Part shown: piece by piece, positions 20,763-33,900 of the stretch
Layout: every line of letters begins with the position of its first letter
Position numbering within the stretch: position 1 is the first letter of the stretch
Source: an uncultured virus (IMG/VR IMGVR_UViG_3300005680_000091)
Taxonomy: Duplodnaviria; Heunggongvirae; Uroviricota; Caudoviricetes
Virus record (IMG/VR): IMGVR_UViG_3300005680_000091
Direction: 5' to 3' (one strand)
DNA length: 64,000 nucleotides
The notes under the pieces: model-generated
What the model saw: only the letters and a program-made list of their open reading frames with translations
What the model was told of the DNA's origin: nothing
The model's database searches: none
Translations under genes and position numbers: made by a program

Positions 20763-22612
20763 TGATGAGAAATACGCTCTACAAAACAGACAAGCGCACT
20801 TACGTGCCGGGAACGCCAGCGGCACCTGAATCCCCCGGGCAGCCGTATAAACCGGCCCGCACCGTCTTCGAGGATCGGACTACCTGCGGGTATGCTCCCG
20901 ACTCAATTACTCGAATTGACGGGAGCGCACAAAGTGGCGGAACCGGTTCGTCGATATCGGGGCGAGCGTCGTACTCGTATGTTTGCACGACACGACGAGT
21001 TGCCGTCACGTACCCGGAACAACCCTATATCCCACCACGCAAATCTATTCGCCGTACGCCATCACAGACGCTTATTGACTATCAAGTTGGTTGGACCGGA
21101 CGAGCAAGGTCAATCGCGTCGGTGTACGGCAGTGCAAGGTGCAAGTTCAGAGTGCCGAAACAGGCGCAAGGAGTGGTGGTTGGCCTAAACACGGAATATC
21201 ACGAGATCGGGTATCAAGATATTCAGTGGGCGTGGTATGTAGCAAGCGGCATAGCTCGCGTCATCGAGCAAGGAACGGTTCGCCTGGTCTTTGGGCCAGT
21301 CACTATTTTGAATGAACTGCGCGTCGATGTCGTCGGTAGTGCGGCTCAGTATTACGTGGATGACGTCCTTGTTTACCAGACAACCAACGGCTCGGTAGGG
21401 CTTCTGCACTTGGATGCTGCGTTGTATGTGGCTGGCGACTATGTGGATTCTCCGGTACTGGAAGGGCTTGACGTCAGCGACGGGAGTGGTCGCATGCTTC
21501 CGGTGTTTGGCTTTGGCGCGGAAAACAACGCTGCGCGGGGTTACGGTGTTCTCCCTGCAGTGATTGGTGCTGGCGGCATCGCACTTGCAGCGGACGGGGT
21601 GAGTCCTATTCGCTCGGCAGGTGTTGGGCGGCTTCTTCCGGCAATAGGTGTAGGTTCTGATTATGCCTATTCGTTTGGTGAAGGCATTCTTCTCCCGGTC
21701 ACGGGGTATGCGTCCGCAGATGAACTCGCCCCGGAATTTTCGATTGGCGACGGTGCATTGTTTCCAGTGATTGGCTATGGCTCTGGATACACCGTCGAAG
21801 GTGGGCGCGGCGAAGCGCTCTTGCCTGCCGTACTTGGACTAGCATCCCAAGACCCATACGCGGCCGGTACGGGTGTCATACGCCCGGTGGTCGCGTTCGG
21901 TAAAGAGGGTTTCCGGGACGAAGCCCAGGCCACGTTCGCTGGCGTTACCAAACAGCGGGCTACCCTGTTCGGTGAGACACTCGTTGTCTTCTCAGCCAAC
22001 GGGGCTGTCGCTTCCCTCTTGCGGTTTGGCGGCGGGGCACTGAACGTGTCCTTGTCGGAGAGCCTGATCGCGCATTTGACACCGACTCTCGCTGGGGTGC
22101 TGGGTACCGCACTGCTTCAACGTGCCGTCGTGACGGATGGTATCCCACTGTTTGACGCCTTCGCGACCTGGGCGCTTAACGTGGAGAACGGCGGCTCCAC
22201 GCGATATGAGAACTATGACTTCAACAGTTTTGCGAGTCTAAACGGTGCGTACTACGGGTGCAAAGCTGACGGAGTGTATCTGCTCGAAGGTGATACGGAC
22301 AGTGGAAACGCGATTCAGGCAATGTTGAGCTTCGGCAAGCAGGATTTTGGCACCTCTGCTTTTAAGCACATCAGTAACGCATACATAGGTGTGAGTTCAA
22401 CAGGCAAGCTCGTCCTGCGGGTGATCGCTGAAGGGGAGTCCTATGACTATGTGGCGCGCGCCTCGGACGAGCGCTTGAGGACGCAACGGTTCGACACAGG
22501 GCGTGGGTTGCGGGTGAATCAATTGGAGTTTGAGCTGTACAACCAGGACGGCGACAACTTTGAGTTGGCATCTGTTGAGTTTGCGGTTTTGCCGGTTAAA
22601 CGGAGAATTTAA
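20759..22612 (+). CDS. Virion structural / tail protein
   Basis: C-terminal TRYENYDFNSFA...TGRGLRVN domain; Gly-rich repeats. Confidence 0.6.
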   Translation: MMMRNTLYKTDKRTYVPGTPAAPESPGQPYKPARTVFEDRTTCGYAPDSITRIDGSAQSGGTGSSISGRASYSYVCTTRRVAVTYPEQPYIPPRKSIRRTPSQTLIDYQVGWTGRARSIASVYGSARCKFRVPKQAQGVVVGLNTEYHEIGYQDIQWAWYVASGIARVIEQGTVRLVFGPVTILNELRVDVVGSAAQYYVDDVLVYQTTNGSVGLLHLDAALYVAGDYVDSPVLEGLDVSDGSGRMLPVFGFGAENNAARGYGVLPAVIGAGGIALAADGVSPIRSAGVGRLLPAIGVGSDYAYSFGEGILLPVTGYASADELAPEFSIGDGALFPVIGYGSGYTVEGGRGEALLPAVLGLASQDPYAAGTGVIRPVVAFGKEGFRDEAQATFAGVTKQRATLFGETLVVFSANGAVASLLRFGGGALNVSLSESLIAHLTPTLAGVLGTALLQRAVVTDGIPLFDAFATWALNVENGGSTRYENYDFNSFASLNGAYYGCKADGVYLLEGDTDSGNAIQAMLSFGKQDFGTSAFKHISNAYIGVSSTGKLVLRVIAEGESYDYVARASDERLRTQRFDTGRGLRVNQLEFELYNQDGDNFELASVEFAVLPVKRRI

Positions 22613-22614
22613 TC

Positions 22615-23655
22615 ATGGCAATCAATGCGTCTGCATTTGTGGATAACATCATGGCCAAGTCCATACAACTGGGCGAGGGCCTTAAAGATGAAATGAACAA
22701 GGTCGCTAAGACCGTCGAGGATCAGTTGTACGAGATGCTGGTTGACATCAGCCTGAAAGAAGCCTTGCTTGCCGGGGATGTTGACACATTCAACAAGACG
22801 CTGAATGACAATCTCAAACCGATTCGTACAAAGCTTAATCGACTTTCGCAGTGGAAGGCAAACACTCTTGATCTCGGCGTGGATTTGCTCCGGGCCTCGG
22901 TAGCCCAAGGCAAGGTGGATAAGCAGGACGAGATCAGTAAAGCTATTGCTACATTCTCAGCCACGTATTTGCCTGTTGGAAACGCGGCGGTCAAAGCCTA
23001 CGACGTTGCACTTACTCTCGCAGAGGGGCGGATTCTCGCCCCGGCAATGGAGGCTGCAGTTTGGCAGCGAGACCGGGAACGGTTGTTGGCCGATGCGCAA
23101 CGGAGTCGCGGAGATTTTATGGCGACGTTTGCCGCAAGAGGATTCCCGCTACCTCCTGGCGCCGCCGCACATGTGATTCGCCTTTTCGATGCAGAGTTGC
23201 ATGGAAAAATCGCAGCGCAGTCTCGTGACGTGGCGATCAAGCAGGCTGAACTTCTGCTGGATAACGCGCGTATCGGCGTCGAAAAACTGGTGCAAATTCA
23301 GCAATCCGGCGTGGCGTTGATTGGCGACTATCTGAAGTCGTATTTAATGGTCACAAACAGTGAGCAAGAAATCGAGAAGCTCATTCTTGAAAAAACAGTG
23401 CAGTTGTGGGGGTTGCAGAAAGAAATTTACGACGAGGAGCGTGGTGTTGAAGAGTATTACGCCGATCAAATTTTCAAATTCACAGGCACGAAAATCGACA
23501 CGGCTCTTAAGATGGTGGATATTGGGCAGCGTGCCAGACAAGACGTAGCGAACACGCTTCAGCAGCAGATGCGCGCACTAGGCGACATGAGCGCTGCCGC
23601 TTACAACGCGGTGCATGCGTCTGCCAGCGTGTCTGCGGTAGGCGAGACGGATTGA
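22615..23655 (+). CDS. Helical virion (ejection-type) protein
   Basis: FAARGFPLPPG motif with coiled-coil. Confidence 0.6.
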   Translation: MAINASAFVDNIMAKSIQLGEGLKDEMNKVAKTVEDQLYEMLVDISLKEALLAGDVDTFNKTLNDNLKPIRTKLNRLSQWKANTLDLGVDLLRASVAQGKVDKQDEISKAIATFSATYLPVGNAAVKAYDVALTLAEGRILAPAMEAAVWQRDRERLLADAQRSRGDFMATFAARGFPLPPGAAAHVIRLFDAELHGKIAAQSRDVAIKQAELLLDNARIGVEKLVQIQQSGVALIGDYLKSYLMVTNSEQEIEKLILEKTVQLWGLQKEIYDEERGVEEYYADQIFKFTGTKIDTALKMVDIGQRARQDVANTLQQQMRALGDMSAAAYNAVHASASVSAVGETD

Positions 23656-23733
23656 GGCTGAACAGCCTCTTGCCGCTGTCGGGGCGCTACAAGGGTAGGA
23701 TCACACTTACACGATCATCCTCTGGAGCGCCCG

Positions 23734-24945
23734 ATGGCCCTCGGCACCACAGACAAGGAACCCCGTGGCGGACTCTACTCCGCCGCCAATGCGGGTCTGG
23801 CACAACCTTTCCAGACCAGCCCGTCCGCAGCCTCCCGAGCCACCTCCGCCAAGATGGACCAGCAGTTGCGAGGGATGGCTACTCCGGCGGGCCTGCCAGC
23901 GCCGACAGTACCGGCTACCGCAGGCCCGATATCTCGTCTGGCCCAAGGCGGGCCGGGCTCCCAGGCACCGGTGTCTGACAGGGTAATCCAGCGTTTCGCA
24001 CAGCTTCGGTCACCTAACATGGGTCTTCAGGTGACCGGAGAAAACCTGATCACTCCAGATGAACTGGCTCGCCAGTTCGGGCGAAGCCAGCCACAACCTC
24101 AAGCGCCGGCGCAGGCCCCTCTCGCACCGTCAACCGCGTCGGGCGGAGGAACGGTGAACACCGTGCCTGCCTCGTCGTTCAACCAACTTCCGGCGTCGCT
24201 CTCGGCTGCCCTCGGCGATGCGCGGCAAGCCGCAGCAAGCCAGGGGGAGGACGTCGATAGTCTTCCGAGTGGGGGTGTGCCCGCCGGAGGAGCAATTCGG
24301 TCTGGGGCAGACCAAGACGCGCAAGCCCGCAACGAGATGTTCGCGCGGTGGGGTGCCGATAGCGCGCTCTTCAAAGCTTCCATCGGAAAGCTCGGCAAGC
24401 GGGATGCCGCACTGGTCGAGGCCGCACAGCGGTCTTATGAAAATGTGGCAGGGCAAGGCCTGAAACGGGATCAACTGACTGCGGATACGCAACTGAGGGA
24501 CCGAGCCTTGACACAGGAAGCCGCGGCATTGCAACAGCAAGGAGCCCTTGAGCGTGCAACGCTGGCCCAAGGTAAGCCGTCCTCAGAAGGGCAGCAGCTC
24601 CAGAACCAGCAGTCACAGCTGATGCTGGAGCTGACGCGCAAGGCAATCGGCGGTGATCAGGAGGCGCTCAAGCAACTGCAAGCGCTGCAGGGCAAGAGCC
24701 AGAAGACGCCTCAGACGGAGGCGCTCCTCGAGATCCTCAAGGCCTACACCACTGGCCAAGCCACAGCCTTGCCTGGCAGTGGCGTCCCGATCGGTCAGGT
24801 GCTGCAGGGCGTCGGCCCCTTGCTGCAGATGCTGGGTGGCCAAGCCCCTGCGGCTGCCCCGGTCGCCCCGCCGGCGGACGGCACCCGCGGCACCCTCAAT
24901 GGTGTGCGGGGTGTGATCCGCAACGGCCAATTCATTCCTGACTGA
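23734..24945 (+). CDS. Internal virion / ejection protein
   Basis: Ala/Gln/Pro-rich, low complexity; precedes the giant protein. Confidence 0.55.
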   Translation: MALGTTDKEPRGGLYSAANAGLAQPFQTSPSAASRATSAKMDQQLRGMATPAGLPAPTVPATAGPISRLAQGGPGSQAPVSDRVIQRFAQLRSPNMGLQVTGENLITPDELARQFGRSQPQPQAPAQAPLAPSTASGGGTVNTVPASSFNQLPASLSAALGDARQAAASQGEDVDSLPSGGVPAGGAIRSGADQDAQARNEMFARWGADSALFKASIGKLGKRDAALVEAAQRSYENVAGQGLKRDQLTADTQLRDRALTQEAAALQQQGALERATLAQGKPSSEGQQLQNQQSQLMLELTRKAIGGDQEALKQLQALQGKSQKTPQTEALLEILKAYTTGQATALPGSGVPIGQVLQGVGPLLQMLGGQAPAAAPVAPPADGTRGTLNGVRGVIRNGQFIPD

Positions 24946-24954
24946 GAACGCTTC

Positions 24955-27900
24955 ATGGCAAACGAAATCGACTGGTCGCAGTTCAAACCCGACACCCCGG
25001 CGCCGGCGGCGGACTTGGCCGGCTTCGTACCGGATCCCGAGCCGGAGGTACCTGGCCTGCTGCGCCAAGGTGCCGATCTGCTGTTGGACTTCGGTCAAGG
25101 CGGTGTGGGGGCTCTGGCCGCCGGCGCATCCGCTTTTGGCGCAGACAACTTGGCGGCCAAGGGCGCCGGCGAGATCGCGCGCTACGCTACTGAGCTCCAG
25201 TCGGAGCAGCGCCAAGCCGAACGCCGCGCCCAAGCGGAGCGGATGCAGGCGGCCGAAGCGACCGGCAGCGCGTGGGAAGAGGCCAAGGCCGCCGGGCAGA
25301 ACGTGCTCGAGTCGCCGCTTTCCTTCTTCGCGTCGGCACTGGGTAGCCTGGTGCCGACCGCTGCCGCCTCGGTGGTTGGCGGAGCACCCGCGGCGCTGAC
25401 CCTCGGTGCAGGCATGGGCGCCGGCGCAGTGAAGCAGTCGGTGGCGGAGCGCGTCGAGCAGGATGCATTGAAAGCTGGCCAGACGCCGGAGCAGGCAGCA
25501 GCAGCAGCCACCGCTGCCCAGGCCTACCGAGGCGACAACCTCGACCAGATTGCCCTCGGCGCAGGCCTGGGTGCGCTGGCGGGCGGCACCGGCGTCGAGC
25601 GACTGCTGGGCGGCGGCGCCTCTGCGATCAAGAACGTGCTGGGCCGGACCGCCGCGGGTGCCGTGACCGAAGCTGTGCCGGAAGGCATCCAAGGCGGTCA
25701 GGAGCGCCTCGCCGCAAACATCGCCGCGCAGCGCGGCGGCTTCGGCGGCGACACCTGGACGGGTGTCACCGGGCAGGGCACCACCGAGGCGCTGGCCAGC
25801 ACCGGCCCGGGTGGCGTAGTCGGCGCCATGACACCCTACATCGACCCGAACGCCGGGCCGATCAGCCGCGCCGCGATCAAGGCACAGGAACAACAGGCGA
25901 TCGGCGCGCTGCCGGCTCCGGGTCAGCTCTCTGGCGAGGCGACCATGCAGATGGGCGACTCGGTACCTGGACAGGATCCGACTGGCACGCTCAACCTGCA
26001 GCAGCGCAACACGGAGCTCCAAGAGGCGCGTGCCCGACAGGAAGCAGAACGGGCAGCCGTCGATCCGACCTACCTCGATCGCCTCGACGGACGCCAACCT
26101 GCATCGCAGCAATCCACAATGGCCACCGCCACCGAGCAAGTGCAAGCGGAACAAGGTCTGCCCTTCACCCAGCCGCCCTACGCCGGCCCGGCGCCGACGG
26201 TCGGGGAGCAAGGCGGTCGCTGGGCGGATCCGCGCATCGCCATTGCCGGCGAGCCGCTGCCCGATCCGGCCGCACAGCTCGAGATCGATCGCCCCTCGAC
26301 GCAGGATCAGTTCCTCGCGGCGCAGCGCAAGCGCGCCCAAGGTAAGCTGCTCTCCCAGTCGGAAGCCGCGCTGCTCAACGGCCCGGATCCGTTCGAGGGT
26401 CAGACCGTGTCGCTGGCCACGGCGACCGACCCGGTGTCGGTTGCCGCACGCGAGGAGGCAGTTCAGGATGTGGCTTTCGCCAACGGTGACGAGCCTGCCA
26501 ATGTCCGAGTCTTCTCCTCGCAAGATTTGCCTGACGGTCCTTCTGGAAATCAACGAGGAGCGGGCCTCACGCGGTCTGCCGCCGCTGTCATCGAAGGACT
26601 GGGCCGAATCTTTGGAACGCAGTATCGATTCTATGACTCCCCCAACGCCGCAACCCGGGGCGACGGGTTCGTGCTCCGCGGGCGCCGACCCGGCGTTGCC
26701 TATGTACGAGCAGTTGAAGGCGATGCTGCGCCGCTCGTCGTAGCTGGGCACGAGACCTACCACACCTTCACGCCGGCCGAGCGCGCCCGCTTCTCCGCAG
26801 CAATCGAGCCGTTCGTCGACGCGTCCGACACCGCGCTGCTGTCGTTCCTGTCCGACTACACCGGGGGGCGCTACCAGGCCAAGGCGCTGCAGCTGGTGCA
26901 GGCCGGGGTGTCGCCGACCGAGGTGATCGAGTCGGTCATCGCACAAGCGCAGCAGGACGGCGTGGCCAGCCTAGATCGTGCCAAGCTGCGGGAGGAGTTC
27001 GACGCGGACATCTTCGGCAACCGGATGAAGGACACTGGTTTCTGGGAGAAGGTCTTCACCGAACTCAAGGCTCAGGACCGCACGCTGCTGGTGAAGATCC
27101 GCGACTCGATCAAGCAGGTCATCAGCTACCTGAAGAGCCAGGCCGGCAAGATCCGCGGCTTCAACACCGACCAGTACATCCGCGACCTCGACGCCGTGCA
27201 GCGCATCGCGGCGCGCACACTGCTGAGTGCAGCAAACACGCAACAGAAAAGTGAGCGCGGCTCACGCGCCGCAGGCGACGTGGTACGCTCCGGGAGCCGT
27301 GATCGGATCGGACCGTACCCGACCGAGGGCATGGCCAACATGAACAAGGACTGGCTCGCCAAGAAAGAGGGCGCCCGGTACGCACTCGAGCAGGCGGCCG
27401 ACGGCTTCTACCTGACTCGCACAGGAGCGACGAATGAAGGACAAGGACAGGCCGACCGAGGAAGAGCTGCAAGAGCAGTACCGGATGCAGAGCGCCGTGG
27501 ATCGCGCGATGCTGCGCCAGATGTACGACAACGCGCCGCTGGCGGAAGTGAATCGGCAGCGCGTCAAAGCCGGGCTCCCCTTGCTGTCGAAAGCCGAGTA
27601 CGAACCGACGCCGACGGCCGAGTAAGCCTCACCGGTATCCATTTCAGCCGGCAGCCGCGCACCGCACTGAGCGGCAGCTACTACGGCACCGGGCTGAAAG
27701 GGGCGGAAGGCCGACGGCTGCAAGGTGCGTCGGACCGCCGCCTGCTGTCGCGGGTGTATGCCTACGTGAACGAGGGCAAGGGCGTGAAGCCCGAGGCCGG
27801 TGTCGGGTCGTACCCGCACACCGTCGAGCTCTCGAACCTCTACGACTTCGCGGCGGATCCGCTCAAGCTCATCCGCAAGCACCAGGGCGACTTGAACGCG

Positions 27901-30900
27901 GTAGAGTCGGCGATCCTGGACGAGGGCTTCGACGGCTACTACGTGCGTGACGCCTTCGGCAACCAAGGCGCCGCGGTGCTGCTGGGCGAGGCGAGCATCG
28001 GCGTGCGGGCCACACCGGTGGAGGCCGAGGTGATGCGCAGCCCGACGCGCACCCTCGACAAGGAGAACCCGGTCTCGGTCACCGTTGGCGGCAAGCCGGG
28101 CGAGTTCGGCTGGTCGCCGGCGGCGAAACTGGCCGCGGCGCAGCAGGAGCCGGCCGTCGATCCGGCCAAGCTGATCGGCAAGGAGGTGCCGCCCTTCGTC
28201 GGACCGACGCAGCAGCGTCCGAACCTCGAGGTACTCGGGGAGTCGGTGCGCAAGGTCTTGGCGGCCAAGCCGGCGCGCGACACGCTCGAGGCGCTCACCG
28301 GCGCCAAGGTTGCCGGCGTGTCGCAGATTGCGGGTTCGTGGGAGGGTAAGCCGGAGCCCAGCTTCGTGCTGTCGGGCGAGATGAGCTTCGAGCAGGCCAA
28401 CGAAGTCTCAAAGGTGTTGGGCTTCCTCATGGCGCAGGATGCGACCGTGGCGGCCCAGCCGTGGTTTGAGGATGCGGATGATCAGATCCCGGCGATCCTG
28501 ATCAGCCAGGGCAAGGCGATGTCGGCCGAGCAGGTCAAGGCCTTGTCGGATGCAGCGCGAGCTGCCGGCCTCGACTACAGTACAACTGTAGATGGGCGCG
28601 GCGCCAAGTTCCTGCACTTCGGTGACCAGGATGGCTACCTCACGCTGCGCGCAGCAGTCGATGAAATTCGCAAGGCGGCGGGCTTGAAGGAGCTCACCGA
28701 CTTCTATGTCAGGAGCAACCTGAATGACGCAGAAACGTATCTCGAAAGCGGAGTGGGAAGCCTTCTTCGCGAAGAACGGGATCAAGCCGGCAGCGGCGGA
28801 CCATCCGATCTATTCCGAAGGGCCGTCGATTCAATTCTTGTCCCGTACGCAAAAGCCGTCGGAGCAGAAGGCTATCGTTTCTCCCCAGAGCGATACGGCC
28901 GCCGCTTCGGACTGACCGAAGGCGAGGTCTCGTACATCCGCGCAGCGCTGCGCCCGAAGTCGGGCAAGGCGCTGAGCACGGTGCCGATTGTCACCGGCGC
29001 CGAGAAGCTCGAGCCGCCGCGCAACAACACCCGCACCAAGGAACGGGGTGTCACGAAGAACGACCTGCTGTGGGCGCTGCAGGCCCGCACCGCGGAGGTC
29101 GGCTTCATCGAGCCAGGCGACTATTCGCCGGAGGCACGCAAGATTATCGCCGACGCCATCGCCGACGAGGTGATCTACAACCTCGGGAAGGAGTCCGGCA
29201 AGAACGCAGTAGGTTGGTACGACGCCGCGCTCAAGAAGGCCAAGGAGACCTACGAACAGGTCTTTCCCGAGCTGCGCCAGGACAAGGATCGCGAGATGCT
29301 GTTTGACGCGATTCTGGGCATCGCCAGCCAGGGCACCGACGTGCACAGCAACGCCGTCTTCGCCGGCCGGATGTACCACCTGATCACCCGCGAGGGGATG
29401 ACACTGGGCCAGGCGACGAAGGCCCTGTCCGGCACCTTCGGCAAGCAGACCGTCGCCATCGAGAAGAACTACGCCAAGCTCGAGCACCTGCTCGACACGA
29501 ACGGCTACGACCGCATGCGGGAGTTCTTCAATACGACGGCCACCGTCGGCGAGCTCAACGCGATCCTGCGCAAGGACGAAACCCTGTTCGGCCCGAACGG
29601 CAAGCCGCTGAAGATCGATGGGGCGGCCGAGCAGACGGTGTCGGGCTGGATGGTGTTCGGCCCGAAGATCGGCTCCTTCATCAACAACCTGCACGGCGAC
29701 TACTCGACGCTCACCGCCGACCTGTGGTTCTCCCGGACGTGGAACCGGATGCTGGGCTACGTCTTCAATCACAAGGCCGGCAAGGAGAATGACCAGTACG
29801 TCAAGCTGTACCGGGCCATGGTGGAAGAGGCCCGCACCGGCGTTGGCCGCGATCTGGTCGGCACCTCGCAAGCCGAGATCGATGCCTGGGCGGCGGATCC
29901 GGAGTCAATGCTGACCTTCGCCCGGGAGACGCACCTCAAGCGTGAGGCCGAGTACAAGGAGATCCGCGAAGAGGCGGTGACGCCTTTGCGGCAGGCGGCG
30001 AAGAACCTCCTCGAGAACCGCGAAGAGGCGACCGAGATCCCGCGCACCGACCGAGAGCGGTACTTCCAGCAGACCACGGTGGAGCAGGCCCAGAAGGCGA
30101 TCCGCCGCAAGACCGGCGTGAATATCTCGGTTGCCGACATCCAGGCGGTGCTCTGGTACCACGAGAAGGATCTGTACAAGTCCTTCGGCGTCGGCGACTC
30201 GAAGGCCGAAGCCGCGGACTACGCGGATGCTGCCGCCCGCTTCGTCGACCGCTTCAACGAGGGGGAGCTCTTCTTCGTCGAGAAGCCGAAGCCCCGTTAC
30301 GTGATGGGTGAGAAGGGGAGCTACCTGACCCGGGATGGCGACATCTCTCGCTCGGCCCGCCGCAACACCCTGGGCTTCTACTCCCAGCTCTCGCGCGCCG
30401 TCGAGGGTGCCAAGTTCCAGACGCAGCCCGCCGGCCAGTGGAAGATGTGGCTCTCGGCCAACGCTGGCAAGCTGGGTGTGAAGGCTGACGAGGTGCAGTG
30501 GTCCGGCCTCAACGAGTGGCTCGACCTGCAAGGCGCCCGCAAGGTGACCAAGGACGAGGTGGTGCAGTACCTCGAGCAGGGCGGGGTGCAGATCGAAGAA
30601 GTGCAGAAAGGCGCTCGCCCGGGGCCGCGCTGGGAAGAAACCGACGACGGAGACGGTGGTTCGCTGTGGGCGTTTGGCGACTATTCGATTGGCTACTCCA
30701 ACCGGAAATATTGGCCGGAAGGGCCGGGCCTGCGCAATACGTACGGCATGGACTCCCTCGCTGCGGCCAAGGCGCGTATCGAGCTGTACCTCACGGAGGA
30801 GGGCCTCGTGGATGACAGCGGCGCCCTCGTGGATACCAAGTACGGGCACAACAACCTCGTGCTACCCGGTGGTGAGAACTATCGAGAGGTGCTGCTGACA

Positions 30901-33900
30901 CTGCCGGAACCCGACCGGGCCGCGGCCGCGAAGAAGGCCGGCTACACCGTGCGCAGGGCACCCTGGGGCTGGCAGATCGTCAATCCGGCCGGCGACGGCA
31001 TCGGCATGGGCACCGGAGCCACTGCAGATGAAGCACTGGCCGACTGGGCGCAGGTCGCCATTGCGCACACCGGCGGGCGCACGTTCAAGTCTGGGCACTG
31101 GGATGAGCAGAACGTCCTTGCCCACATGCGCCTGAACGACCGCACCACGACGGACGGGCGCCGCGTGTTGTTCGTCGAAGAGATTCAGAGCGACTGGGGC
31201 CAAGCCGGACGGGATGCCGGGTTCGGAGACGTTGCCAACTGGACGGACGCCCAGATCCGCGCCGCTGTCGAAGAGAATGACCCCAACGCGGACACCGACG
31301 GTCTGGATCGTGAGACGCTGCTGGAGATGGCTCGCAACTCAGGTGTCACACTGAGCGCCTCGGTCCCGGCGGCGCCGTTCGTGACGGACACCAAGTCCTG
31401 GGTCGGTCTGGCGCTGAAGCGCGTCATCACGCTGGCGGCGGAAGGTGGCTACGACGTGGTGGCCATGGTGAACGGTCAGCAGTCCGCGGATCGGTACAGC
31501 TTGCGCAAGCAGATCGAGTCGATCGGGTACGACCCGAAGACACAGACGCTCCTCGGACACGACAAGATGCGCCGCGAGGTGCTCAGTGAAAGCGGCGTCG
31601 CACCCTCTCAGCTGCCTGAGTACATAGGCAAGGAGGTGGCGCAGCGGCTGCTCGACACCCAGCCGATGATGGGGAAACACCTGCTCTCCGGAGAGGACAT
31701 CGAGGTAGGCGGCGACGGCATGAAGGCTTTCTACGACCACATCGTGCCGCAGGTTGCCAACGACGTGCTCAGGAAGTTGGGTGGCGGCAAGGTTGCACCG
31801 GTGCGTGTCACGGGTGTCGGGGATCAACTCGGTTTCGACATCACCCCGGCGATGCGCGAGACGGTCACGGGCGATGGGCTGCCGCTGTTCTCGGCGGCAC
31901 GCACCCGCTTCGAGCCGGAGACGCACCGCGACTTCCAGCGTGACCTCGCCCGCGCCGTCGGCAAGCTCAACGGCAAGAGCGAGACCTCGTACAAGGAGGG
32001 CTACCACCGACCGATCCTGGTGATGCGGACGCCGCCGGTGCTGCGCTCCGTCTATGAGCGCGCCAAGGCCAACAGTCGCCCGTTCCGCCAGAGCGACTCG
32101 GTGGTGGGCACCGGGGCGACGATCTACTTGAAGTCGCAGAACAAGTTCAAGGGCTCGAACCACGGCCGCCCGGTGGACGAGTCGGCAGTGCAGCGCCTGC
32201 CGTACCTGATCGCCGATCCGCTGGCTGTGTTCCAATCGACGGAGGCCGGAGAAGACCCGAACTCCTTCAAGGTGCTCGGTGCGGACAGCCGCGGCTTCTT
32301 CGTGGCCGCTATCAAGCCGGGCTACACCATGGACGGCGCGTCGAAGAAGACCAACTTCTCGGCGACGATTTTCCCGGTGCAGATGGGTCAGATTGCCGAC
32401 TGGGTGAAGAAGGGCGCGCTGCGCTACTGGGATGACCGGCTCCAGAAAGCCGAAGCCCAAGGGATGACGGGAGCAATCCCCGGTTTCCTTGGGCCTCTAT
32501 CTCGTTCGGAGGGCGCGGGTTGGTTACCGGGCGGGCCGAAGAGCATAGGTGAGATTTTCTCACTTGCGAAGGCGCCCGTCAAGATCATCACCCGGTCGGA
32601 GCTGGAAGGCACGCCGGAGACGATGCTGTCGGCCCGTCGCGCCCAGACCGAGACGCCCGAGTTCAAGCGCTGGTTTGGTGACAGCAAGGTGGTGGACGCC
32701 GCCGGACAGCCGCGGGTGGTGTATCACGGCACTCGTGCTGACATCGCCGCGTTTGACCCCGACGCCGTCGGCCGCAACTTCGGCTTGGACGAGGTGGGCT
32801 TTTTCTTCACCAGTTCCCCCATCAAGGCGGCCAGCTACGCGGACCCCGAATCTGCCTTCGCACAGGCCGGGATGCGGCCGACGCGGGAGCCGGAAGAAGG
32901 GGCCAACATCATCCCCGCCTACCTATCCCTGCAGAACCCACTCACGCTGGAGGCCTACACCGACTACTTCGACTCGACGCCAGCCTATGAGATCGACGAG
33001 CAGGGCATCTCGATTACGGACTACTTCGACGACAACCGTCGCAACATCGTCTCGATCGCGCAAGAGGGCGGCCACGACGGGGTCTTGTTCCAACATCGCG
33101 GGGATCTTCTCGGTGTGGTCTTCTCGCCTGCGCAGATCAAGTCTGCCACCGGCAACAGTGGCGCCTTCGATCCGGCCGACCCGGACATCACCCGCTCGGC
33201 CCCGCGCGCCAACTTCGGCGACATGACCCAGGCCCAGGAAGACGCGCTGCGAGCGGTCGGCTTGCTGCGCGAGCCGAAGACGATTCGCGAGCGCTTCGCC
33301 GAGCTGACCGACAACCTGGCCAATCGTCTGACGCAGGGCGTGGTCGATCAGTACGCGCCGCTCAAGGAGCTCGACTTCCGCTCCTACGTGCTGGCGCGCA
33401 TGAGCAAGGGCACCGACGGCACCTTCGAGGCGATGCTCTACTACGGCCGCCCGCAGATCGCCGGCGACACGGTCGAGATCGACACGGCGCCGGGCGGGCT
33501 GATGGAAGTGCTCTCGACGTTGAGCGGAGAGCAGGATCGGTTCCTCGCCTGGATCGCGGCCAACCGCGCCGAGCAGCTCACCGCCGAGGGGCGCGAGTTC
33601 CTCTTCACGCCGGAGCAGATCCGCGAGCTCAAGGGGCTGAACCAAGGCCAGATGGCGGACGGCCGCGGCCGGGCCATCGAGTACGCCCGGGTGCTGCGCG
33701 AGTTCAACGCGTTCCAGGACTCGGTGCTGGCCATCGCAGAGGCCCGGGGCCTGATCGACGCCGAGAGCCGGCAGGTGTGGCGCGACGGGTTCTACGTGCC
33801 GTTCTACCGCAACATGGAAGACGGCACGACCGGCCCGTCGGTGAAGTCCGGGCTGGTGAATCAGTACGCGTTCAAGAAGCTGAAGGGCTCGAGCCGCCAA

